The notes beneath the pieces are model-generated. The model did not search any database. It saw only the letters and a program-made list of their open reading frames with translations, and was not told the DNA's origin. This document shows positions 51,624 to 60,610 of a stretch of DNA of 64,000 nt, in pieces. The DNA is taken from positions 1,888,001 through 1,952,000 of the forward strand of contig CAWBOS010000010.1 in the NCBI GenBank assembly GCA_963790475.1. The letters run 5' to 3'. Each line of letters begins with the position of its first letter. Positions within the stretch are counted from its first letter, which is position 1. The translations under genes were made by a program, and so were the position numbers. The stretch is from an uncultured delta proteobacterium. Its GTDB lineage: Bacteria; Desulfobacterota; RBG-13-43-22.

Positions 51624-52130
51624 TCTGCGAAGAGACCCTCCCTTTTACCTCTGATCCTATTCGTTTTCATCCTTAACGCTTTTTGGGTTTGTTCTTCCGG
51701 CTATGGATTCAAAAATCCGGAGATAGAATTGAAAACCGTTCATATCCTGGAGATCGATCAATCGTCCGTCACCCTGGAAGGAACCCTGGAGCTCAAAAAT
51801 CCGAATGACCTGGGAACTAAGTTTTCCGGTTATCAATATCAACTGGATGTGGATGGACAACGCCTTTCAATCGGGGAATCAAAACAGCCTTTCCAAATTC
51901 CGGCTTTAAGCACTATCACCTTAACCATCCCGGCCACCATGCTTTTTGAAGACCTGATGGCCTTGGATAGAAGAGGGATCTTCAACCGGGACCTGGTTTA
52001 TGTCCTCAAAGGCACCGCTTTCTTGGATTCCTGGATCGGGAAGATTCCCCTGCCCTTTTCCTATCAGGGCATTATAAATCTCTCGGACCTTCTTAGAGAA
52101 AAAACCCGCCGATTTCTATTGGATCTTTAA
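51489..52130 (+). CDS. LEA type 2 (WHy-domain) protein; true start uncertain, ORF opens inside the MITE
   Basis: Hydrophobic segment, then KNPEIEL...LKNPND...YQLDVDG...IPALS...PLPFS. Confidence 0.7.
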   Translation: MKDVQFCPRSRKTKILTTGIHLVFRGLEFESDAEIGQKGAFFKGLSAKRPSLLPLILFVFILNAFWVCSSGYGFKNPEIELKTVHILEIDQSSVTLEGTLELKNPNDLGTKFSGYQYQLDVDGQRLSIGESKQPFQIPALSTITLTIPATMLFEDLMALDRRGIFNRDLVYVLKGTAFLDSWIGKIPLPFSYQGIINLSDLLREKTRRFLLDL

Positions 52131-52131
52131 G

Positions 52132-53739
52132 ATGGAGAACCCTTCCCAACCCCGAACCACCACCCAGGTCGCCAAAACAGCCGGATCGGTCGGGATCGCC
52201 GTTTTTTCCAGCCGTATTCTGGGCTTGATCCGGGAACAGGTCATGGCCGTTTTGTTCGGGGCCGGATATTATATGGACGCCTTTGTGGTGGCCTTCCGTA
52301 TCCCCAATCTTTTGCGCGATCTGTTCGCCGAAGGGGCCTTATCAACGGCCTTTGTGACTGTTTTTACCGATTATGATCAGAAGAAGGGACCCGAGGCCAC
52401 CTGGCGTTTGGCCAACAATGTCTTGCTGACCCTTACCCTGCTCCTTTCCCTGATCACCCTCCTGGGGATAATTTTTTCCGATGAGATCATCCGGATCATG
52501 GCCCCGGACTTTGGTCGGATTCAAGGCAAGATCGCCCTGACCCGGCTTTTGACCAATATTATGTTTCCTTTTCTGATCCTCATTTCTTCGGCTGCAGTGG
52601 TGATGGGGATTTTGAATACCAAAGGCCGTTTTTTCATCCCGGCCATGGCCTCCACTTTTTTTAACCTGGGTTCGATTGTCGGAGGGGTGCTCTGCGCCTG
52701 GTGGGCCCCGTCCTTTGGTCAGCCCCCGATTGTCGGCATGGCGGTGGGGACCCTGATCGGCGGATTCCTGCAACTGGCCATTCAGCTTCCTTCTCTAAAA
52801 AGATCGGGATTTTCCTGGCGGCCTCATTTGCGTCTCAAAGACGAGGGGCTGCGCCGGATTATGGTCCTGATGATACCGGCGGTGATCGGCCTTTCCGCCA
52901 CCCAGATCAATGTCTTCATCAATACTAATTTTGCCGCCCGCTGCGCCCAGGGGAGTGTTTCCTGGCTCAACTATGCCTTCCGGTTGATGCAGTTTCCCAT
53001 CGGTATTTTCGGGGTGGCCATTTCCATCGCCACCTTGCCGGTCATTGCCCGGCAGGTCTCTCAGGGTGATATGGGGGCCTTGAAAACCACTTATGTGTCT
53101 TCCCTGACCATGGCTTTCCTGTTGACCGTCCCGGCCTCTTTCGGGCTGGCCTTCCTGGCTAAACCGATTATCCGTCTGATCTTTGAACACGGCCGTTTCA
53201 ATGCCCTGGATACCACCCATACCGCCGAGGCCCTGATCTACTATGCGGTGGGCCTTTTTGCCTACTCCTCCGTTAAAATCACCGTCCCGGTTTTTTATGC
53301 CCTCAAAGACACGAAATACCCGGTCATCGCCAGCTTTTTAGCCGTGGTCAGCAATGTGGTTTTTATTTCCTTGACCCTGGACATTTTTCAGCATAAGGCC
53401 ATTGCCTTTTCCATGTCTATTACCATGATCTTTAATTTTATTTTCTTGAGCGCGGTCCTCTATCGGAAGGTAGGGGGGTATGATCTGCGGGTTCTTTTCC
53501 GATCTTTAATCAAAATCATCCTGTCTTCACTGGTCACGGGATTGTCCGCCTACTATCTATATCAATGGCTTGGCCGGTTCCTGAATCCGGTGGGAATCCT
53601 GAATCAAATAATCTCCCTCGGTCTGGCCATGCTTGCGGCTGTTTTGGTTTATTTTCTTTTAATCCGTTTGATGGCCATTCGGGAAATGGATGAAGTGATG
53701 GAGGGCTTTAAAAGGCGGTTTTTCAAAAATACCGGTTAA
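52132..53739 (+). CDS. murJ: Lipid II flippase MurJ
   Basis: SRILGLIRE, DAFVVAFRIPNLLRDLFAEGALS, YAFRLMQFPIG. Confidence 0.95.
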   Translation: MENPSQPRTTTQVAKTAGSVGIAVFSSRILGLIREQVMAVLFGAGYYMDAFVVAFRIPNLLRDLFAEGALSTAFVTVFTDYDQKKGPEATWRLANNVLLTLTLLLSLITLLGIIFSDEIIRIMAPDFGRIQGKIALTRLLTNIMFPFLILISSAAVVMGILNTKGRFFIPAMASTFFNLGSIVGGVLCAWWAPSFGQPPIVGMAVGTLIGGFLQLAIQLPSLKRSGFSWRPHLRLKDEGLRRIMVLMIPAVIGLSATQINVFINTNFAARCAQGSVSWLNYAFRLMQFPIGIFGVAISIATLPVIARQVSQGDMGALKTTYVSSLTMAFLLTVPASFGLAFLAKPIIRLIFEHGRFNALDTTHTAEALIYYAVGLFAYSSVKITVPVFYALKDTKYPVIASFLAVVSNVVFISLTLDIFQHKAIAFSMSITMIFNFIFLSAVLYRKVGGYDLRVLFRSLIKIILSSLVTGLSAYYLYQWLGRFLNPVGILNQIISLGLAMLAAVLVYFLLIRLMAIREMDEVMEGFKRRFFKNTG

Positions 53740-53770
53740 GACTGGCTATATCCCCTTTCCCAGGATCGGT

Positions 53771-54199
53771 TCATCCTCCCTTTTTAGCCGGAGGTTGGGA
53801 TTTAATAAGGATTCTGGTAAATTCCAGAAAGTCCTCCAAATGCTTTTCGATAATCTGTTGGACCACTTCCAGGTTTAGTTCCTGGTAGTCATGGACGGCG
53901 ATATTTCGGAAACCTACCATGGACATCATTTTTTCTGCAAGATTTTTTGAGATCAGTCCTTCTTTATAAAGTAGCGAAAATGCCTCACGACTGTCCTGGG
54001 GGATTCCCAAACGGCGAAGGCGAATTTCATGCATAGCCAGATCGATGGCGGTTTCACAGGCCCTTTGAATATTTAAAATTATGGAATCTTGTTTGGTAAT
54101 ATTTTCGTACAGATTGATCGGATCAGCGGAATACTCTTCCCGTATCCGCTTGATGCAACGTTCAATGATCGCCACTTTGTTGGTCCGAATATCATCCAT
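53771..54199 (-). CDS. hepT: HepT (DUF86) HEPN RNase toxin
   Basis: MDDIRTNKVAIIERCIKRIREEY, LNIQRACETAID, GFRNIAVHDY (Rx4H); start reassigned to 54199. Confidence 0.9.
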   Translation of the reverse strand: MDDIRTNKVAIIERCIKRIREEYSADPINLYENITKQDSIILNIQRACETAIDLAMHEIRLRRLGIPQDSREAFSLLYKEGLISKNLAEKMMSMVGFRNIAVHDYQELNLEVVQQIIEKHLEDFLEFTRILIKSQPPAKKGG

Positions 54200-54623
54200 A
54201 GACCGACCCCCGGGCATACACATCTTCCAGAATGCCCCTCCGTTCTTCATTTAAGCGGACATAGGCACTAAAGACGGCGTTTTCATACCGTTCACGATCT
54301 TCCGTTCTCTCTTCATAGAGGCATTGGCCGGAAGATATTACCTGTAATCGCATAACAGTTGAAGCCCGGAGCAAATCCACCAGATCGATTTCTGTTTCTA
54401 TCTGAACGGCCAGTTCTTGAGCCGCTTTCCATCTTTCCCAGGGGGAAATAGGGTTCTTCGGCAAAATAGCCAGATCGATGTCCCCTTTAACCCTTCCATC
54501 GGGATTCACTGAGGACCCGAACAAGTAAATGGCTTTCAGGTTTGGAAACCGTTCTGTCAAAAATCGAACGATACAGTTCTTTTTTTCTTGATCAACCATA
54601 GCCGAATGTGAAACAGCGTTCAT
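54192..54623 (-). CDS. mntA: MntA minimal nucleotidyltransferase antitoxin
   Basis: IYLFGS-x10-DID, IDLVDL, C-terminal YVRLNEERRGILED..RGSVYG; overlaps hepT. Confidence 0.88.
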   Translation of the reverse strand: MNAVSHSAMVDQEKKNCIVRFLTERFPNLKAIYLFGSSVNPDGRVKGDIDLAILPKNPISPWERWKAAQELAVQIETEIDLVDLLRASTVMRLQVISSGQCLYEERTEDRERYENAVFSAYVRLNEERRGILEDVYARGSVYG

Positions 54624-54809
54624 TTATTGGAACAAGTATAAGATGGCGGGGGGATTGTGGTCAAGGAGAAAAAATGCCAACTTCGAAGGCCTTCACCTGG
54701 ACGACTCATTAAAAAGCCCTCCCGATCAAGACGGGATCGATAGCCTTTACACCAAGTCGTCAAATTTAAACTTGACCATTTTATTGAAATCCATTAAAAA
54801 GAATCCAGT

Positions 54810-54897
54810 GCCTGGGTGGCGGAATTGGTAGACGCAAGGGACTTAAAATCCCTCGGTCCTCGCGGCTGTACCGGTTCGATTCCGGTCCCAGGCACCA
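54810..54897 (+). tRNA. tRNA-Leu(TAA)
   Basis: GCCTGGG acceptor stem, GGGA-CTTAAAA-TCCC anticodon arm, long variable arm, GGTTCGATTCC, CCA. Confidence 0.95.
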
Positions 54898-54986
54898 CTT
54901 TTTATTACCTTTTTACACTTCCGCCAGGATCAAAGCCAGTATTTACGCACCTTTCAAGCATACTACCTTCTATTTTCTTAAAAATA

Positions 54987-55605
54987 TTATTTAGTTGCAT
55001 GGTTGATGTTTACAACTTTTTTTGCTTCTAAAAGCTCATTGTACCTAAATTGTACCCGTAATTTTTGATCATCATTGAACGCCTGCCGTTTTTTAGCCGC
55101 TTCTTTTAAGTCCTCTTGCGAGACGATATTATAGCGGTCAAAAACCGACCGAGTCTTATGACCGGAAATGCTCATGGCTACTCGCTCAGGAATACCGGCC
55201 CTAACCATGTTCCTCACTCCGCTTCTTCTCAGGTCATGGAAAAGTTTATTAGGGACCAAAACAACCTTCCCCTTTTTATCTTTGACGGAATTTCCATTTT
55301 CGTCAGTCAAAGTTTCACATAGCCCGATCTTTATACATGAAGTTGCCCAAGCTTTGCGGGGATCAACAATTTTCTTTCCATTACGGTGGAAAACATAAGT
55401 ACAATCCAAACGTCGTTTTTTGTGCAGGTCTTCATCATCTCCCAAAGCTCAGGTTCCATGTACAGGGTCCGGGCTTGGTCATTTTTAGTTTCACCTGGTT
55501 CCAATCTGACTATGCCCTCTTTTAGATTAACCTGGTTCCATTTAAGGCCAAGGATCTCACCCCGTCTAACCCTTTCGGTATCCCTGTTTCTTCTTTTTTT
55601 CCCAT
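54987..55605 (-). pseudogene. Tyrosine integrase relic (catalytic domain only, frameshifted)
   Basis: RRGEILGLKWNQVNL..ETKND in one frame, shift near 55430, then [31 protein letters not shown]; adjacent to the tRNA-Leu 3' end. Confidence 0.85.
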
Positions 55606-55680
55606 TGCCCGTAAATCCTTTTTATTTTATACTCCTAACATCAAAAAATGAATTTTCTATCAAAAATTGAGGAGCAGACC

Positions 55681-56664
55681 ATGATACACGAAGAAGTGAT
55701 GGCTGAAGCCAGTAGTTTTATGAAAAGTCGAGTGATCCTGACAGCGGCAGAAATCGATCTTTTTACCCATCTTGAACAAAAACCATCCAATGCGGACGAA
55801 ATTGTAGATATGTTGGGTCTCAATCGAAAGGCTTTAACCAGACTTCTTGACTGCCTTGTTATCTTTGGATTGGTCGAAAAAGAAAGAGGACCTTACAGCA
55901 ATACGGAAAATGGCACTCTTTTCTCGGCCCAACACCCGGAATCCGTTCTCCCCATGGTCCTTCATATGAATCATCTTTGGAATACCTGGAGTGGACTTAC
56001 CGAAACAGTCAAAAAGGGACAGGATCCAGAAACCAAACAAGGCCTCAAGTTCGACGAGAAAAGTATGAAGGCCTTTATTGGAGCTATGCACATCGGAGCG
56101 AAAAGTCTATCTTCCGAAATAGCCCAGGCTTTTGATTTAAAGCCGTTTAAAAAACTTCTTGATATCGGAGGGGCTTCAGGAACCTATACCATTGCCTTCT
56201 TACGGAAAAACCCGGAAATGAAAGCGATCATTTTTGACCTGAAAGGGGTCATCCCCATCGCCCGCGAACGTTTGCAAGAGGAAGGGCTAATTGATCGAGT
56301 GGAATTGGTGGCCGGAGACTTTTATCAAGATGAGCTTCCGAAAAGTTGTGATCTTGCTCTTCTCTCCGCCATAATTCATCAAAACAGCCTTGATGAGAAT
56401 TTCAATCTTTTTCAAAAGGTTCACCGAGCCCTTGAACCTGGAGGGGTAATTCTCATCCGGGACCACATCATGGAGGAAACCCGGACCAGACCACCCGCCG
56501 GAGCCATTTTTGCATTGAATATGTTGGTTAATACCCGTGGTGGGGACACCTATACTTTTATTGAAGTAAAAGATACCCTTGAAAAGGCTTGTTTTAAAGA
56601 TGTAAAGCTCCTCAGAAGCGGTGAACGGATGGACTGCCTGGTGGAAGGACGTAAGCCGATCTAA
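55681..56664 (+). CDS. SAM-dependent O-methyltransferase (dimerisation + Methyltransf_2 domains)
   Basis: LLDIGGASG, IFDL, AGDFY, SAIIH, LEPGG, FALNML. Confidence 0.88.
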   Translation: MIHEEVMAEASSFMKSRVILTAAEIDLFTHLEQKPSNADEIVDMLGLNRKALTRLLDCLVIFGLVEKERGPYSNTENGTLFSAQHPESVLPMVLHMNHLWNTWSGLTETVKKGQDPETKQGLKFDEKSMKAFIGAMHIGAKSLSSEIAQAFDLKPFKKLLDIGGASGTYTIAFLRKNPEMKAIIFDLKGVIPIARERLQEEGLIDRVELVAGDFYQDELPKSCDLALLSAIIHQNSLDENFNLFQKVHRALEPGGVILIRDHIMEETRTRPPAGAIFALNMLVNTRGGDTYTFIEVKDTLEKACFKDVKLLRSGERMDCLVEGRKPI

Positions 56665-56799
56665 GATCGAATCAAATATAAGGAATTCCAATCAAAAAGT
56701 AAGATCCCCCATTTCTCAAAAGAGCCTTGAACTATAAAGGTCAAAGGACACAAGTCGATGAGTGGGTTTACGCCCCCATACCTTCCGCAGGAGAAAAAA

Positions 56800-57273
56800 A
56801 TGAACAGTAAACCAAAAATTCTCTTATTTTCCATCCTTATTCTCACCTTTGCCGCCTCTGTTTTCGCACAGGAAACTGTCCCCCCTGAAGATGCCGCCAA
56901 ATTCATCGGCCAGCAAAAAACAGTATGCGGCAAGGTGGCCAGTGCCCATTATGCAACACGCAGCAAGGGGCAGCCAACTTTTTTGAATCTCAATAAGCCC
57001 TATCCCTACCCAATTTTTACTGTCCTCATTTGGAGATCAGACAGGAGCAAGTTTGAAAAGCCTCCTGAAGCCCTTTCCGGGAAAGAAATATACCCCATAA
57101 AGATCCAGTCTGAAGACGATCTGATCAAGGAAGTAGCCGGAATAGCCACCCTCTCTATGAAATTAGGTTACCAGCTTGAGACCGAGAACCGCCCTCTGAC
57201 CAAAGAGGAAGCCTATATCCAGCTTGGACATAGTGCTTCCCTTTTCAAGGCTATTTTGCTTTATGTTCGATAA
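56800..57273 (+). CDS. Secreted OB-fold-like protein N-terminus fused to an unrelated C-terminus (probable chimera)
   Basis: Signal peptide; AAKFIGQQKTVCGKV..PTFLNLNKPYP..FTVLIW..GKEI, then divergent sequence from about 57090. Confidence 0.55.
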   Translation: MNSKPKILLFSILILTFAASVFAQETVPPEDAAKFIGQQKTVCGKVASAHYATRSKGQPTFLNLNKPYPYPIFTVLIWRSDRSKFEKPPEALSGKEIYPIKIQSEDDLIKEVAGIATLSMKLGYQLETENRPLTKEEAYIQLGHSASLFKAILLYVR

Positions 57274-57287
57274 GAAGGAGGATACCT

Positions 57288-57965
57288 ATGAAGATTACAG
57301 CCATTGTGGGTAGCCCGAGAGGAGTTAAGGGGGCAACAGGATCCCTCATGAAGATAGTGCTCCAGGGGGCCGAAAGCCTTGGAGCTACCGCTGAGATCTT
57401 CGCCATCAAAGGACAGGAGGTAAAGCCCTGCAAGGCCTGCAATACATGCCACAAGATGGGGTCGTGCCCACAGAAAGACTCATTCAGAACGATCAAGGAG
57501 AGCGTCGACCAGGCCGATGGCCTCATTCTCGCCAGCCCCAACTATATATTCCAAGTTAGTGCCCAACTAAAAGCCTTCTTCGACCGCTGCTGCGGCGTGA
57601 TCCATTGCCAGGGCTTTGAGGGGAAGTATGGGGTGGCGGTGGTAACCTCTGGAGGAGGGGATGAAGCCCCCATAGCGGACTACATGCAGCATTTCCTGGC
57701 CACCACTGGGGCTACCCCTGTTGGTTCCGTTTGGGCGACGATGGGTCAGATACAGGATTATAACTTCCCTCCAGAACTAAGAGAAAAGGCTTTTACCCTG
57801 GGTGAGAAGCTTGTTAAGGCATGGCGGGACAAAGAAATCAGCCCCGAGTACAAAAAGATTAGCCGTGAGTTCAAAAAACGGATGCGTTCACTGATGATCT
57901 GGCGTAGAGAGGAATGGCCCTATGAGTATGAATACTGGCGGACACACCGGGGTCTGAAGGGGTAA
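57288..57965 (+). CDS. Flavodoxin family / iron-sulfur flavoprotein
   Basis: GSPR, CKACNTCHKMGSC (Cx2Cx2Cx5C), ASPNY, LKAFFDR. Confidence 0.88.
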   Translation: MKITAIVGSPRGVKGATGSLMKIVLQGAESLGATAEIFAIKGQEVKPCKACNTCHKMGSCPQKDSFRTIKESVDQADGLILASPNYIFQVSAQLKAFFDRCCGVIHCQGFEGKYGVAVVTSGGGDEAPIADYMQHFLATTGATPVGSVWATMGQIQDYNFPPELREKAFTLGEKLVKAWRDKEISPEYKKISREFKKRMRSLMIWRREEWPYEYEYWRTHRGLKG

Positions 57966-58085
57966 GGTCAGCGGTACACATCCGACATACTGAGATGGAA
58001 AATCCGGTCAAAAGTCAGATTACGATTTTATAGGTTGAAAGAACAGTATAACAACTTTGCCCATTTAAAGGGCATGGACGATGGT

Positions 58086-58466
58086 ATGGACATCAAACTG
58101 AAAGTATCATATAAAGCCGCACTTCTATCCCTATTCCTCTTTCCAGGCCTTGGCCATCTCTATCTAAAAAGGTATCGTAGGGGTCTGGTTATCATAATAT
58201 TTTTCCTTACCGGATTAGGCTATATGGTCTGGTTCATCACGGTTTCTGTAATGAATCGCCTTGACGACATTATGGTTATAATAGAGGGTGGTACCAAGAA
58301 CCCGCGAGGCCTACCAGACATTGTCGGATCAAAAATTTTAACCACAGGACCCTATCAAGAGGTCATTTATTATATTATTATTGGTTTTTGGATATTTGCT
58401 GTCATAGATGCCTATAGAATCGGAAGGCAGAGAGAACTTCAAGACAAAGAGACTTCCCACTACTAA
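58086..58466 (+). CDS. Hypothetical membrane protein
   Basis: AALLSLFLFPGLGHLYL...WIFAVIDAY pattern; start uncertain. Confidence 0.65.
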   Translation: MDIKLKVSYKAALLSLFLFPGLGHLYLKRYRRGLVIIIFFLTGLGYMVWFITVSVMNRLDDIMVIIEGGTKNPRGLPDIVGSKILTTGPYQEVIYYIIIGFWIFAVIDAYRIGRQRELQDKETSHY

Positions 58467-58489
58467 TTCCTTCTTATCCTCAGGAACAA

Positions 58490-58712
58490 ATGCCTACAAA
58501 TAATCTCACCGATCTCCAAGGCCAAATTGAACGTGTAACCTATACCAATGATGAAAATGGGTATACCGTTGCTAAAGTAAAAGTCCGGGGTAACCAGGGG
58601 GAAAAAGTTGGTGGTGCTGGTCGGAACTAAAAAGGCACTGGCTATTGCCATCAGGAACAACAAAACGGAAAAGAGATACATCCTGTTGAGGCAGAGATTA
58701 GAGGTAAGGTAG
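58490..58712 (+). pseudogene. RecD2 (YrrC-like) helicase relic: first ~34 and last ~40 codons only
   Basis: MPTNNLTDLQGQIERVTYTNDENGYTVAKVKVRG joined out of frame to GVTRGKKLVVLVGTKKALAIAIRNNKTEKRYILLRQRL. Confidence 0.85.
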
Positions 58713-58960
58713 AATGAGATTGATGATCAGGGATGTGGCGTTTCCGGATGAAGAGAATTCAAAGGGTCTGAGATCCATGGCCGAGCCGATTTTTTCCTGT
58801 AGTCCTCAAACCTCCCTTTTGAATAGAATGGAAGGGTTCAATCGGTAATCGTCTGTGAGAATAGCTTGATATTTTAGAAAATTAGACAGACAATGAGATC
58901 TAATTGTCAAGGTTACACGTTTCTTATTGATAACCTCAAATGATAGGCGGTGAAAAGAAG

Positions 58961-59197
58961 ATGGAAGAAGAATATTTTTTCATTATGAATGGTGAAGTGG
59001 AAGGGATCTATGGAACCAGGGATGATCTGTTGGAAGCCCTACAGCAGTATAATGTTGATTCTGAGGACAGTTATGTCATCAAAGGATATAGGATCAATTT
59101 GAACGTAACCCACCATGTCACTCTTAGAGAGGATACTCTCTCGTCTCCCCTAAAAAAACAACGAGAGGCCTTGAGAGAGATAGGCGATGACGAATAA
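58961..59197 (+). CDS. Small acidic hypothetical protein
   Basis: Open frame of plausible composition; no recognised motif. Confidence 0.45.
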   Translation: MEEEYFFIMNGEVEGIYGTRDDLLEALQQYNVDSEDSYVIKGYRINLNVTHHVTLREDTLSSPLKKQREALREIGDDE

Positions 59198-59332
59198 GGC
59201 ATCGGATAATGAAATATCAAGCACTCGGAGAGATTGATGATAACCTTCTTGCATTTCCAGAAAGAATTATTCATACTACACCGTCATTGCAAATGTCTCC
59301 AAGGAGAGACTCAATACAAAGGAGGGTTAACG

Positions 59333-59533
59333 ATGCCAGAAGGAAAAGTTAAATGGTTTAATGATTCAAAAGGATTTGGTTTTATCGAGCAGGACGGTGG
59401 CAAGGACCTATTCGTACATCATTCCGCGATACAGGGAGAAGGTTTTAAATCGCTGGCTTAGGTTGATCGTGTCAGTTTCGATGTCGTCCAAGGTGCTAAG
59501 GGTCCTGCTGCTGAGAATGTTCGTAAGCTGTAA
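59333..59533 (+). pseudogene. Cold-shock protein interrupted by an in-frame TAG
   Basis: [46 protein letters not shown]; TAG at 59459-59461. Confidence 0.88.
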
Positions 59534-59636
59534 AACTGATCATAGGGACTTTAATATTTGCCGTTTTCTTCCAGTTTTCTAAACCAATCCGCCAAACAAA
59601 AGACTTCAATCCGAAATCAATGAAAAGAAGGAAAAT

Positions 59637-59833
59637 CGTCGGTTTTCTTTACAGTTTCCGATTATCCTAAATTAATTATATAAGATATTGTAATTTATAT
59701 ATTTATTATGTTTTTGTAATCATAAAAACATAAAATCGTCGGGATTTCTTACAAAATTCACCCTATAAAAAATATGAGAATAAAAAATATTATAATAAAA
59801 TATAATAGTTATAAAATTGGCACATTTCATGCA
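59637..59833 (+). promoter_or_regulatory. Sigma54 promoter with two upstream PEP-CTERM-box-like enhancer sites
   Basis: TGGCAC-ATTTC-ATGC at 59818-59832; CGTCGG-N5-(T/C)TTACA at 59637 and 59737; AT-rich spacer. Confidence 0.75.
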
Positions 59834-59871
59834 CCTTAAAACGCTAAAATCGGAAAGAGGAGGTCATTTCA

Positions 59872-60543
59872 ATGAGAAGAGCATTACTTTTGGGGTTGTT
59901 TTTGGTAGTTTTGATCTATAGTTTATGCACACCGGCGGCTCAGGCCACATCGATCCCAGCGGTCACCTTTAATCAAGACATCTGGTCTGTTGCAACTCCT
60001 ATAGGCGTGAACGAAACCATTGGGTGGCAATTCACGGTGAGCGGCAGCATTCTCGTTACGAATTTAGGCGTGTTCGACAGCGGCCTCGGCGGCTCCGGGT
60101 TGCCAAACGGCTTGGCTGACGCCCATACCGTCGGCATTTGGGACACTAACTCTGCTACACTGCTCGTCTCCGCACCTATGAACACAGGGACTACCGATCC
60201 ACTGGTCAACCAATTCCGATACGTCTCGGCTACGCCCACCCTCCTTGGACCGGGGACCTACACCATAGGAGCGACTTGGGTTGCTAATAGCGACGACTAT
60301 ATAGCGAATGCTGCAATTGTACCTGGGAGCTTCTTTACAGGTCCCGGGATCACCTATCTGCGGGACGAGTACATACAAAGCAACTCGCTGGTCATGCCCA
60401 CCTCCTCTTTAGGTGGCAGCTTCGATCCGGCTATGTTCGGGCCGAACTTCGAATACAACACTGTTCCCGAACCCACCACCATGATCCTTCTTGGGTCTGG
60501 GTTGCTTGGGCTTTGGGGATTTAGAAGGAAGTTTAGAAAATAA
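59872..60543 (+). CDS. PEP-CTERM sorting-domain protein (DUF4082-like surface domain)
   Basis: Signal peptide; TIGWQFTV..VTNLGVFD..HTVGIW..FGPNF; C-terminal VPEPTTMILLGSGLLGLWGFRRKFRK. Confidence 0.92.
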   Translation: MRRALLLGLFLVVLIYSLCTPAAQATSIPAVTFNQDIWSVATPIGVNETIGWQFTVSGSILVTNLGVFDSGLGGSGLPNGLADAHTVGIWDTNSATLLVSAPMNTGTTDPLVNQFRYVSATPTLLGPGTYTIGATWVANSDDYIANAAIVPGSFFTGPGITYLRDEYIQSNSLVMPTSSLGGSFDPAMFGPNFEYNTVPEPTTMILLGSGLLGLWGFRRKFRK

Positions 60544-60567
60544 TTACATCGATCATCTCTTTCCTCA

Positions 60568-60599
60568 AAGGCAGAGTCATTTGGCTCTGCCTTTTTTTT
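60568..60599 (+). terminator. Rho-independent terminator
   Basis: AAAGGCAGAGTCA-tt-TGGCTCTGCC followed by T8. Confidence 0.8.
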
Positions 60600-60610
60600 C
60601 ATATTTCAAA

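Noticed and set aside
53771-54623. MntA-HepT as a novel system
   Set aside because: A canonical described toxin-antitoxin pair with standard motifs.
54816-55031. 71-aa ORF
   Set aside because: Overlaps tRNA-Leu; spurious.
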